DNA of 64,000 nucleotides from Camelus ferus. Taxonomy: Eukaryota. Location: NCBI RefSeq assembly GCF_009834535.1, contig NC_045698.1, positions 11,410,001-11,474,000 of the forward strand, read 5' to 3'. Under the pieces are notes generated by a model, which was not told the origin of the DNA, searched no databases, and saw nothing but the letters and a program-made list of their open reading frames with translations. The position numbers and the translations under genes were made by a program. Positions 12,310 through 24,918 of the stretch are shown here, piece after piece (within the stretch, counting starts at the first letter, position 1; each line of letters starts with the position of its first letter).

Positions 12310-12934
12310 AGGAATTTGAGGCATTGCCACTTATCAGAATATAGAATAGTAACTTAAAGGTTAAGGCTATAGGACTATTATACGGTTACAAAGCAAGCCA
12401 CATGTATGGACAACTTTTAATGGAAAGCTAATTCAAAATGGTGCATAAAAAAGAATATCACTGGTCCAAAAATGTAGCTTTCATTCCGACAAGAAAAGAC
12501 AAGACTATTTCTAGAACAGTGTAAAGAATTTCCTTCACTGTAGGTTTTTGTTTATCAATGGATGCAGGATCCTCCGCTTGGGTATACAGTGAAGAAAGTA
12601 AGCCAGGGTTTTGAAATATTCTTTCCCGGCATTAGAAATATTCACTGAAGGGAGGGGTGCAGAAGATTTTAAGTTAAAATGGTGGACATAATAACTCCAT
12701 TCCATATTTGTGAGTTTAGCTTGCCAGCTGGTTACTAATATGTTATGAATACATTTGATGCATTTGAAGCATTTGATGAACTTTTTGAGACGGTTATATG
12801 TATCTTCATTCTACCCATGAAATGCAGAGAGATGTTGGGGACTTCAAGTTAATGAGGCTTAGTCTGATGGGATATTCTTCACCTCAACAGAGAAAAAGAG
12901 GGCAAAGATGGCAGAGGCCACACACATGACTCAG

Positions 12935-13740
12935 TTCCCCCAATTCCCACCTTCCCCTCACACCTCCCATTCCATTCATGGACAAGTCCACTTGGCTCTG
13001 CCTCCAAAATCTGTGTTGAATCTGAGTACTTCTCACCACGTCCTCTACGAGGACCACTCAGGAGGCCATTATCTCACCCCTTCTTTAGATCTCATCTCCC
13101 CTGCTCTGACCCCAAATGGTCCATTTTCCATCCAGCAGCCAGAGTGAAGTTTTGGAAGCATAGACAGATCAAATGAGGTCCCTTCTTAAAACTGATCCAG
13201 TCAAGGTGAAATCCGCACTCGTCAGCATGGCAGGGTGGTCTGTATGGTCTCGCCCACCTCTAAGTCCAGATCTATATATACCCTTATGTCTGACTGTTAT
13301 CCCCGTTCCCTGTCATCCAGCCGTTCGTCTCTCTCTCTCCCTTGACCATGCTAAGCTGGGTCCCAGCCCAGGGCATCTGCACTGGTGCTTCCTTTTTCTT
13401 CAATAGTTTTCCTCCAGACTTTTACTGGGCTCTCTCCTTTGGGTTTCAGCTTAAACATCTCCTCCAAGTGTCCTCCTCAGCCCTCCTTGATAAACCAGCA
13501 CTGCCCTCACCTCTGCCGAGTCATCCTTCACCGAATTACTTTGTTTTTATCTTAGCACTTACCTGTGTCTGAAATCATGTTGTTTAATCCGGTGGTGGAT
13601 TTCATACCTGTCACTCCTTGGGAAAAGGTGATACCCTTGAAGACACAAACTTCATCTAATCCTTTGCTGTAACCTCAAAGCCTCGACCTGTGTGTAACTG
13701 TAGCAGACATTTGATGAATATCCGTGGACTGGCTGACTTC
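12935..13740 (+). mobile_element. LINE-2 3' fragment
   Basis: ctgcctccaaaatctg, ccagcagccagagtga, cccagggcatctgcactgg, tttttatcttagcacttacc, then a degenerate L2 tail. Confidence 0.7.
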
Positions 13741-13957
13741 TAGCGGTTTTATGCTCAGACTTTGGAAATCAGCCACTTGAAAATATTTAACCAACATTTT
13801 ATCCCTAAATATACCACAAGTATAACCTTGACCTCCTAATCTCATAGATACTTATCTATGTAACAATGGGTTTGATTCAGATAAAACAGATCTTGGTATC
13901 TCCCATAATCACTTTGTCCTCTTCTTGAATACAACACTATCTTGCCCATACATTTAA

Positions 13958-13995
13958 AGAAGAAGGAGGAGGAGGAGGAGAAGAAGACGAGAAAA
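13958..13995. repeat. Purine-rich GAA/GGA simple repeat
   Basis: aagaagaaggaggaggaggaggagaagaagacgagaaaa. Confidence 0.8.
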
Positions 13996-14774
13996 TCTGT
14001 AGCAAATGAGTAGTTGAATGAAACTCAGTTAATTTGTGTGATCCAAGTGTAGATTATCTTGCCATAAATTTCATATTGAATTTGGGGGTTGGCATTGCAT
14101 ATTATGCTCAATTAAATATTCTTTGCTTCTCAAAGTTCTCTCTCTTGCTCACTTTCCCTTCCTCTTGCCCCTCTGTCTCCTTCTCTCTTTCTCTCTCTGC
14201 AACTCCATCAGTGTTTCAGGATGTCACATTTCATGCAACCCTAAATGGGAAAATTCACTAGATGATCTTTACCTCTCTCCAAAAGCTTTCATATTTCCCT
14301 TAAAAATTCATAAGGCAGATGAATTTTAATAGCATCTGTTTCACCTGCTCCTGCATCTCACTTCACTTCCTGCATCCACAGACATGTCTCTGGACCAGGG
14401 CAAGGGCACCATATGAGGGAGAAGTCAGTCACTCCAGTAGTTGTGCAGGGGGTCACCCAAAAGGGAACCACCATGTTGGAGAGACAGGACTTGGACATTC
14501 CATAGCAGCCCACTAGAACATTCCATACATATCCTTTGTGTCACTCAAAGAAGAAACAGTCAGCCACTTCAATAGAACGGTGACAGTGCTTCGTTCTGAA
14601 ACAGACATCACTCATAGTTATTTGTGACTGTTTCTTCTAACCCAAATATTAAAATAGTTGATTTTATACTTCAGTGTTCTCTGTTAACACTGGAGTGTAT
14701 TTTTCAACATTTTGTACTACAGCATTCTTATTCAACTTTTCCACATTTACAATAAGATTTTAAAAGTTAACTAT

Positions 14775-15054
14775 TGTATTAGTTTGTTGGGCTGCCAAAA
14801 CACAGTGCACAGGCTGGGTGACTTAACCAACAAAAACATATTTTCTCACAATTCTGGAGGCTTAAGTCCAAGATCAAGATGTCAGCAGGGTTGGTTTTTT
14901 CTGAGGCCTCGCTCCTTGGCTTAAAAATGGCCACCTTCTACTGTGCTTTCACAAAAGACCCTGTCTCCAGATACAGTCACAGCCTGAGGTGTTAGGGGTT
15001 AGGAATTCAGTATATGAATGTGGGGGTGAGGTCACAACACAACTCACAACAACA
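14775..15054 (-). mobile_element. MaLR solo LTR (MLT1B/C-like), internally deleted
   Basis: tgtattagttt...ttctcacaattctggaggcttaagtccaagatcaagatgtcagcaggg...tctccagatacagtcaca...gaggtgttaggggttagga. Confidence 0.8.
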
Positions 15055-16356
15055 TATAGACACTCTAATAGAGAAGCATCCTGTTCTAAATTCCATAGTG
15101 TGACTCAACGTCTGTGAGCCAGTGAGGAGGGACCATACCTCTTTTAGGTCCTGAAATTTCACTCTTCCCAAATAGAAATCTTTTTGAATTTAATAACTAT
15201 AAATAATCCATACTCTGGAGTTATAATAAAATATCTTATTAAATATAGGAGAATATTGTATTAAGATATACATTGTCAATTTTTATGAATTTAAAGAATT
15301 TTAATAAATTTAGCTTAAGATCTTTCTAAGGACCACATTTTCACTCTGGGCTCATATAAGATCTAATTACAAAGGTCTTTGAGGAAACTATATCATCACA
15401 GCCGTTGAGGAGTTTTATAAATAGTCAGTGCAGGGTCCCAAAGGCCCTGTTTGACACTTAAGGTTACTGAGTATCAATCACAATCAATTCCAGGAGAAAA
15501 TAATCCATTCAAGGAGAAAAAAAAAGTTTATTTAATCATGGGATTTTAAAAAGAAAGCTGAGTTCTTTATGATAACTTAATTATTTCATGGGATTTACTT
15601 AATCATTCTTCTGTGAGTGATTAAAAGTAGATATCTTAGCTTTTATTAATTTTAAATTGGAAAATGAGTTGGGTATTAAACGAGATGGAAGACCCACCTT
15701 CCTTTTCAGGCTATGAGGAACTAGGGAGAGAAAAGTGAAGATTGATTTTTGTCCTGCAGCCCTCTTGTTTGTTTCTCAAGTTGACCTGCATTAAAAAAAA
15801 AACAAAAAAACAAAAAACCCCTCATAATCACAGTATCAAACTTGACGAGTGATGAAGTTGGTCGGGATCATCTGACCCAATCCCATACCTATAGGCATAG
15901 TAACTAGACCCAGGAAAGGCAAAATGACTTCACTGCAGATTGAATGATGTAACAAAAATATATAAAGCTTAAAAATAAACCTATTTAACTTGTCCCAATC
16001 ACCCTCCAGCTTGCCTGTTTATAGGCTCCATAAGCTCGTTGTTTTTGTTCTCTGTGAAACCCTTTCACTTTGCTGCTTGTTGTTTCTTCAGTCAAAGCAG
16101 AAAAATTAACTTCCCAAACACTCCCACTTAATGGATGATTCATCTCCAAAGTACCTTCCTGCGTATCTGCTTAAATGAGCTTTGACAAATGTAAATACAA
16201 AAACCAAAATAAAATCTCTGGCATAGCCTAAAAAAACAGAGTAAATCACTTAAAAAATAAATTACTGCTTTAAAATGGGTTGGAAATGAGGGAGTTAGCA
16301 AAGGATGGGAAGGAGTTTAAAGATTTCGAGTGGAGACTGGCATTGGGACAGCACCG

Positions 16357-16475
16357 TGGGTTGACCTTCTGCGCTGGGGCTCATTTGAGAGGGTGGGTGT
16401 TCTGATAATTATCAAGTGGGGACATCAGGTATAAAATAGGGCTTTGCCCAACACCTGGGATACATGGTCACCCCA
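16357..16475 (+). mobile_element. hAT-Blackjack MITE, MER94-like
   Basis: Degenerate termini tgggttgacc...tggtcacccca with internal ttctgataatta...gggacatcaggtataaaatagggc. Confidence 0.5.
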
Positions 16476-16784
16476 CGCATTAGGAAGATTTAGCCCAGCA
16501 CAGATCTGTGGGATAAAAGGGACCAGTCATGGATTGGTAAGCATGTCTCACAAATACACGAGTTAAAGGAAGTGTGGGCTGACCTGTGTCCAGAAGCAGC
16601 TCTCCCCTGGGACAGGTGACAGAAGCAGCCTAGAGCGAGGGGGACAGTGATTTGCTGTGTGACTTACCCAGTCCACCTGTCTGGACCAAAGCTGCCCAAC
16701 TGTCAAATGTGTTCTGTGCTGTGAGGGTCCTTCCATTTCTAAGTCTATGGCATGATAGCATTTCTAAAAAGTAAACAACAACAA

Positions 16785-16803
16785 ATATATATATGTGTGT
16801 GTG

Positions 16804-16850
<47 letters not shown>
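16785..16850. repeat. Compound (TA)n(TG)n...(TA)20 microsatellite
   Basis: About 20 TA units at 16809-16848, preceded by short TA and TG runs. Confidence 0.95.
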
Positions 16851-16854
<4 letters not shown>

Positions 16855-16937
16855 AAATAATGAGAAACAAAAGGTGAACATTCTGGCACATGGAGTTAGG
16901 TCACCTTACCACCCAGCCTTTAGAGATCCCCCCACCG

Positions 16938-16959
16938 ACACACACACACACACACACAC
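16938..16959. repeat. (CA)n microsatellite
   Basis: About 11 AC units. Confidence 0.9.
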
Positions 16960-17652
16960 TTCACTCGACACATGTTCTGTGAGTGCTGGAATGGAGAAGG
17001 CCCTAGAAGGGGGAGGACTGTGTTCTGGAAACCCCAGAGAGCTGGCCCAAAGAAGGACGTGCCCTGCCAATGGAGAGGAAAAAGCAGCTTCAGTAACCAG
17101 CAGGCAAAATTCATTTCATTTGGATGAAATGCAGGCCAGAGTGTTTAAATGGCATTTTCTGACAATCCTAACTAGTCAGCATTCCTGATGAAGGGAGTTA
17201 AATTGCAAACCGGTTTTAGTCAAATTCCCCTAACTGCAGGGACTTACTTACTTTTGCCTCAAACCCGTTTTCTTTTTCCATCTCTGAAGAAGGTGTCATA
17301 AATTGAGCTTCCAAATTCTCAAGATATTTTCCAGAAATAACTCCCACTTATTTCTTGTAATCACAATATCCCCAGATGTCTAGCAGCGAGGTACCCCCGC
17401 AAAACACTTCAGAGCAGTATCTTTGCCAGTGGTGGGGAAGTCATCCCTGAGCCTAGCTGAGCGGATCAACATTACAGCACGATCCACTCTGAATTCACAC
17501 GTCGTCCAGAGCTGGAAATTGTTGGGCTCGTCCGCTCGGTAAAAGCAAAGACCCAGCCACCAGCTGCGGAGGACTGACTGACTGCTCCGTCTCCCAGTGA
17601 CCACAGCCCAGGATTTGGCAGTTGAGACAAGACGGCCGTTCCAGGTCCATCA

Positions 17653-17666
17653 GCAGTAGGGGGCAC
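17653..17666 (+). promoter_or_regulatory. Near-consensus CTCF motif in a CpG-enriched segment
   Basis: GCAGTAGGGGGCAC matches 13/14 positions of CCASYAGRKGGCRS. Confidence 0.4.
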
Positions 17667-18939
17667 ATCTGTGCTGGAAATTACTCACACGCTCCTCAGG
17701 ATCGGATAATTTATTTTCCTTTTTTTTTCCAGACAAGCTGAAATATGTGTGTGGAAGTGATCTAGCCCCTTGCCTGCTTCCTGTGGAGTCCGCAGTGGGC
17801 ATTTTTCTTTAGATTTCCTTCGTTGTCTTTCTCAGCATCGTATCAAATTCTGAAGCTCCCCTCCAGGCCAAGGGTTCTGTTTACCAAGTCTTTGTATTTC
17901 AAGGAAAGAAAATCAACTCCTGAATTTATTTAAAATATATTTCCAGTTGTCAGTCCCTCCGTATCCAGCCATGTCCCTCTGATGGTCAGTGATAGTATTC
18001 CCAGAGCCCCTTCCTCAAGCTCACCCTGGACTTGCCCCTTCCGCATCTTCAGTGGACCCCGTGGGCATGGCTACGGATCCCCCACAGTATAACCCCAGTA
18101 TCCTGGGGTCAGACCGTACCTATTAGGGTGAAAGAGGGCAGGCTGGGCCCTGAGAGTAATGATGGCCATGACAGAGCCTCGGACCCTTCTCTTGCCCTAG
18201 TCAAACGCAACACATGAAGAAACAATGACAGCTTGATAAATTCTGATATGAGAGAGATTTGTCCCAAGTGGCCCAGTGGTGATTCCCTTCGCATGAGTTT
18301 CCCTTGTAAGTGGAAGCTTGGATGCTCCACGCAAGCAAGGACTTGGGTGATTTTATACTCTGCTCTTGCCAGTTCCTGCAGGGTTCCTGACGCACAGTAG
18401 GGACTCCAGGTGTGGAACTAATTACAGCACAACTTGTGAGCTTGTGTTTTGTTCTGCTAACCACTACCCTTCAGAATTCATATGGGTACCTCTTAAAAAG
18501 TCTGCCTTCATTAACTGTATCATTTTGCCCATCCTGGATTTCTGAAGACAGCTGGCTAGTATTTTCACCTAATAAACCATCCAAACCCCAGCCGTTTTCT
18601 TTAAGTGGAACTCACAGAAGAGGTTGCTCGACCTTCCTGTTAAACCGTCATCGTGGATTTAACGGTGCAGAAGTATTTTCTTGCTAGTGGGCAGCCTATA
18701 ACTGTCATCATGTGAAGTTGCTATACTTAACCAAATGTGTATCAGTGTGTCCCTGTCACAAACGTCTGTATAATTGCATAGTCTACAGCCAGATGATGAG
18801 TGCATATTTGGGGGATGGCTAATGCAGATGGTGACTTAAATGTTGAACTTCAGAACTGCCTGTGGGAAATCCTCATCCTTCAGAGCTTTCGGGCCACCAC
18901 AAAGGCTGCCCTTCCAGCTTCCCTTGATCAGGCCACCTT

Positions 18940-19155
18940 CATGGTGGTTAAGAGCTTGGGATCTGGACTGGAATCCTAATTGCTAACCCTCCTTAAAATT
19001 CACTTCCTCCTGAGGAAAAAAAAAAAAAGTGGCCACTAATAGAATTGACTCCATAAGGCTGTTAGGCAGATTAAATTTGATAGGTATATAAAGATTTTAG
19101 CACAGGGCCTAATACAGAGTGAACACTCAATAATTGTTAGCCATTAATATTATTA
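18940..19155 (+). mobile_element. MIR
   Basis: gtggttaagagc...gattaaatttgata...ttagcacagggcctaatacagagtgaacactcaataattgttagcca. Confidence 0.7.
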
Positions 19156-20506
19156 TCTCTAGAGTCTCAAAGAACTCTCAAAGAATATTGCAATAATCAT
19201 GCATGCACATACATGCTTGATGCTCCTAGAAAGCTCAAATCATTTTAAAGAAAAAAAAAACAGTTTTAAACTTTTTGAAAGAAGGGCAGTAGCCAGGCTA
19301 CCATACAAGGGGAGAGGGACTGCGACTATTCAATAAAACAGTCAACAGAACAGAGGCATTGAGCTGAAATGGAAGGGCAAAAGAGGAGGAAATGGGTGAC
19401 TTGAAAAAATTTTTATTTTGCATAAGTGAAGAAATGTTAGCATGTCCATTTGAAACACGGTATCTGAGTATTACAGTATTTTATCAGCCAAAGGGGCAAA
19501 TCTTGACTTTTCCTCCCAGTATCATAAATAACACACGTCTTTTGAGTGTGCAACGTTGAGTTTGGACTCCCTGAATTTAGAAACACACTGTATTTTGCTG
19601 CAGAGTTTAGCAAATAGCACTCTAGTCTATTGTAGTGTAATATATGTATTTTTTAATTTAAATTCATATCAGTAAGGAAATCAGACAGTAATGGTCCATT
19701 GTTTTCATTTTATGCAGAAAATAAGAGGGAAATATTTCATATTGAAATGTATGTCTTACTGCTTAATGTTTTCTAAATATCCCTGCAGTTAATATTAAGG
19801 TGAATAAACATGCATCATTGAATAATAATTATCAACAAGCCTTATTTAATATTAAAAAGAATAAAACATGGAATACAAATTTGAACAATTAGTGTGAATA
19901 CCATGACTGCAAATTTTATTTGCCTCATTACTTTATCTGCCTTGGATTCGTTCAGTGAAAGTTGTGATGTTGTTCGGGGTTCAGCTGCCACTATATTTTT
20001 CTTTTATATCACATATCAAAACTGGAATGAAATAATAAATGGTATTGATGTTTGTTTAATACTTCTCCATCTCCTCACAACGCTAGAATTCAAGAGGCAG
20101 ATCTATCTTGCTTTTTTTGTATGTCCATGACTTAAGTGCAGTTCTTGGAACATAGCAGGCATTTAATCGATACCTTGCAAGTAAAATGACCAAACAAGAT
20201 GTTGATATAGAAATATTACACTTGCATTTTAACCCTTTCCATCTTTCCTAACAAAAGAAAATACAAAAATTGATCCTTGGGCAAAATTTTTTTAAATTGT
20301 GGAACTATCTCTAAATTGACAACTCACAAGCGTACAAGAAATTATGGTCCTCACAATCATTAACCGTGCTTTTGGTAGTGGTTGCTCCTATGGTGGGATG
20401 CAAAGATAAGATAGGACATGGGCTTTGTGCTCTCCACTGTACATTAATTACAAGGACATTTTTTGCTGTAAGCTAGTGTTCTGTTGCAATAAATTTTTAA
20501 GGTATA

Positions 20507-20869
20507 TGTACTCGTTTGCTCCGGTTGCCATAAAAAATACCACAAACTTAGTAGCTTAAATAACAGAAATTTATTTTCTCACAGTTCTAGAAGCTGGAAA
20601 CATCAGCAGAGTTGGTTTCTTTTGAGGCATCTCTTCTTGGCTTGCAGATGCCACGTTCTCCTTGTGTCTTCACACGGTCTTCCCTCTTTGTGTGTCTGCC
20701 TCCTAATCTCTTAGAAGGACACCAGTCATCCTGGTTTAGAGCCCACACTAAGAATTCATTCTAACTTAATCACCTCTTTAAAGATTCTGTCTCCAAATAC
20801 AGTCGCATTCTGAGGTACTGTACTTGAGGATCTGGGGGGTGGGGGGGAGACACAGTTCAGCTTGTAACT
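20507..20869 (-). mobile_element. MaLR solo LTR (MLT1B-like)
   Basis: ataccacaaacttagtagcttaaataacagaaatttattttctcacagttctagaagctgg...aaggacaccagtcat...tctccaaatacagtcgcattctgaggtactg. Confidence 0.88.
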
Positions 20870-23800
20870 GTGTGGTCATAAAAATCTTCTATGACCTGAC
20901 TGGTTTAAGAAATGCTTGGTGAGACCAAATTCAGCAGATCTCTTGGTAGGCTACTGTGTGCTAGGAATCTCCAAGAGAAAAACCACAGGATGTTGGCTTT
21001 GCCAAAGGAAAAGAAAAGCCTTCTCTCACCTCAGTTACATACACCTTCAACACTCCAGCCCTTCCCTTGGAACGCCCGCTTGGCAAATCACAGTGGTGCC
21101 CAGCTCTGTGCCGACAGCCCCGATTGGCATAGCGCTATTACAGAGGGCTGCTGAGCTGTCTGACTCTAAGCATCGCAAGATGAGTCCAGCCTCTCACAAG
21201 CTGTAATTTCCAACTCTGTATCATCGCCAAAATACTTTAGGAAATTGACACAGGACTTTTTCTTTATATGTTGAGTAATTCTTTACTAAATTATGACTTT
21301 CCCTTTTTTTCATGCTACCAACCAGTTAGTACCAATTTTTCCACCTACTTCCTCACTCCAGGTTGAGGTCCTGTTGAAATTTTTCTCTCTAACGATTGGC
21401 ATTCGATTACAGTTTTGCAGCTAATTATCTCATTGGGTTTGAAAGGCATGAAGAAAAGAAGAGATGCAATGAAATGCCTCTTAGAGGGAAGGAAGCATAA
21501 ATCTACAACTTTGAATAGAGTTTCGATGCAGAATAGCTGTCCAGCTTCCATAGAGACAGAATTCTTTACGGACTCATTATACAAGCAAACTTGCTAAGCT
21601 CTTTAGGACATTAGTGCCTTTGATAACGATGTTAGCAGCTTTCCCTGAACTACTGCATGTTTACAGTGGGTCTTTAGCAGAGTAGGGGGCCTTGTGAATT
21701 AATCCCTATTTAATGAGAAATATTTGAAGGTGATGAGAGTCATATGCTGCTGATGGGAAAACTCTGCCTTGATAGATTATTTTTGGAACATTAAAGTCTA
21801 CTCAATCAAGACACTTGACTATTTAGGACAGGACAATTTTGTGAGAGATTGAAATAAAATATAGGATTTATACTCAATTATTTTCATCACCTATAAAATG
21901 TGCTGTGTTTTGCTTTAAGGGTTTTAAATTTTCACACTTTCTTGCTTTCATCAGACCTCAGTAGCCTGCACTAAATCAAATGGCTAGATATTGAGTTTTG
22001 GCTGAAGGGTGTTTTTAGTAAAGTGGCAGCCAATGGCTGCAATTGAGAAAATGTAATTTATTTTAGATTAATTTGTAATATATATTTCATTTGAAACTGG
22101 CTGGAAAGAGCTATGAAAAAATGTTTATATGTGAAAAGTGCTGTTGGCTTCTCCCCAATGTGATGCAAATTTTCCACATCTACCTCAAGACTTAGATACA
22201 TAATTAAAATGTTTTTAGGTACCTGGAAATGTTTGGATGTTCAAAAGGAAATGATTGTAATCCTTTCTTTATGCTTGATCTTATCACTCTGATAGAAAGT
22301 ACTCAGAAATTGACTGGTAGAAATAGATTGCCAAAATAACTTGTTCCCCTTTTAACTCACCTCCTACTCTGTTCTGTTCTTAGGTATACAAACAAAATGT
22401 GTTTAATTTTTTTACATATATATATAAATGTAGGAAATTGGATTCGGTAAAATTCATCCTCAGAAGGATCTCTTTTCTTTTTGGAAATTGATGGCCGTTT
22501 TCATATTGTCAATGTTTCTTGGATTTGTACACCTATAAAGGTCATGACTTTTCAAATTCAGTGAACACAGTTAATTTGATGGCCAAACCCTGATGTAAAC
22601 TTAGCGATAAAGCAGCATAATTTAATGATAAGACTATCAGATGTGATATTAACTGGCTATGAGTAAAGTTCTAACCTTTCCCGGCCGCATTTTCCTCATC
22701 TGTGAAATGAGGAATTATCCAGGACCTGGCCTCAGTGCAATCCTCATCTTCTTCACTGTTTCCCATTGACATTCACACCCAAATTAAAAAAAAAAAAAAA
22801 TGCAGCTGTTCACACTATCATAGCACAGATATTTGATGTCTTAGATGCCACCCTTAAACTCAAAGTTGATTTAAAGATCTTGCACTGCAGCGACTTAATT
22901 TTTTTTTTTTGTAAAGGCCACAAAGGTGATTCAAAACTACGTGTTGAGAAATTTTATTTTGCTATTTTGTACAAAATAATTGTGTTGAGCATTTTGTCAG
23001 AAAATAAAATGCAATTCATACCAAATCAAGCTTTGTCAGAAAGCAAAGTTTAAATGAAAAACAAAAACCAAAAAACAAAACCTCCTCCTAATGCCTGTGT
23101 AGGTTGTTTTTGTTCCTGGGGGCCATGAGAAGCCCGTGGTTAGACATTGGCTGGAGTCCCAAGACCTGCCATCAGGCCTCAGATCCTGCTGTAAACCTTG
23201 GGCAGATCACTTACTCTGACTGCATCTCAGTTTTCTCACCTATCAAATGGGAATGCCATCCCTTATAACAAGTCAGAAGTGGTGGGAGGAAGTGCCTGAG
23301 GCTTTGTCAGTGATGGATGCACTTGTCACAGGGGGCAGACAGATATTCTTTTAAATAATAAATCATGTGATTAGAGACCGTCTTTCCTAAATGCATGGCT
23401 TTTGCTAACTTAATTTTTTTTTTTTTTTTTTTTGTCTGGCTCACAGTCCCTGACTAGCTGGTAAAGTTACCTAGCTTCGTACTAGATAAAGCAAGTTTAG
23501 GGTGAGCCTGTGAGAGTACGGATTAAATAGGTGAGAAAATTCAGTGACTGGAATTTAGAGATTGGATAGTGGCAGATTTTACTTGGAAATAAAGGCAAAA
23601 AAGGCCTGTTTCTCTGTGATCCAGCTTTGAATGTTCGTACTTCCTTTATAGCATTTCAGCACAACAAAGAATCAGCTAGAACCCAGCAGCTATAGAGAGG
23701 GTCTGTGTGACAGTAGCTGTTGCTACGGCAGGCATTTGTTCTATCATTCTTCATCTCGAATATATTTTAATTATGTACATATCCACACATGTGCATACAT

Positions 23801-24754
23801 ACATATACACACATATACAATGTTACTGTTATATATTAATACAGTAAATAGCATGTGTGTAGTATTTATGGAGAGAGAAGATCTGACAAAGCACTATCTA
23901 TACTAGGAGATAGTTCAAATGAGAACCAAAGAATCTGCAGACAGTAGACATTTCTCTTTTTCAAACCAGTGAAAAAGGATCACGTTAAATCTATTTTTTC
24001 ATAGCTAGACATTGAAATAGAAGGGAAATAGAAAGGAAACCATTGTATTATTCATTCTTATCCAATGTATTTTTCAGGAGAAACCCATTTCTAAGTTCTT
24101 CAGTAAATACTTATTAATTCATATTTATTTATTGTGGATTTTGAGTACTAAGGTGGCTAAATTAACCCTTTTCTTTTAGAAAACCATGAAATAATAGTCA
24201 AAAAAAGTAAATATCACAAAACCTTACGTTTTAAATGATACGGAAAAAAATTGTACCCTAATTTCTCATTTTAAAATCTTTTTGTTATTCCTTAGCTTTC
24301 TGTATCTAAATGTCAATTTAATACTGGTCATTAAATAAGCATATGAGTAGTAATTATTACATAATAAAATTTGGTGAGAGCTAAATCTTCATATTGAGGT
24401 GAAATTGAGGGCTCCATCATTTCTTGTAGTAAATTTCATTTAAAATTCCCATGGGGTGAATTATAAATCTGGGAATTGTGAAGAACATATTGTCTATTCA
24501 TTTACCTACAGATCTGAAAGTTAGCGTTTTCCTTAACCAAATGCATAATGATTTCTAAGGTGTGGAGCAGTTAACCCAAATGCCTCCTAACATGAAATTC
24601 TATGAAGCTCACCTCTGAACAATGGCCAAGATCATTAGCATCTTCTCAAAGTGTTTATCATTCACGTGCAATTAAGTATCCTGATTTATTATCACTTCTT
24701 AAAGATGATCACAGAAAGCCAACTAGCCGAAGAAAGAGGAAGATGATCTCCATA

Positions 24755-24918
24755 AAGGACTGGCAGACCTCTTCTGCAGAGGGCCAGGCAGTAAATGTTT
24801 TCAGCCTTGCAGAGCATCGAAACTACGGGGCTCTGCCTTGTAGCCTGAGAGCCGCTGGATACAATACTTGAAGAAATGGCAGGGGCTGGACTTGGCCTGC
24901 AGACCTTAGATTGCTCAC
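24755..24918 (-). mobile_element. MER58A-like fragment, opposite orientation to the 5.9-kb copy
   Basis: ggcagacctcttctgcagagggccaggcagtaaatgttttcagccttgc...ctctgccttgtagc...ggacttggcctgcagacc. Confidence 0.65.
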
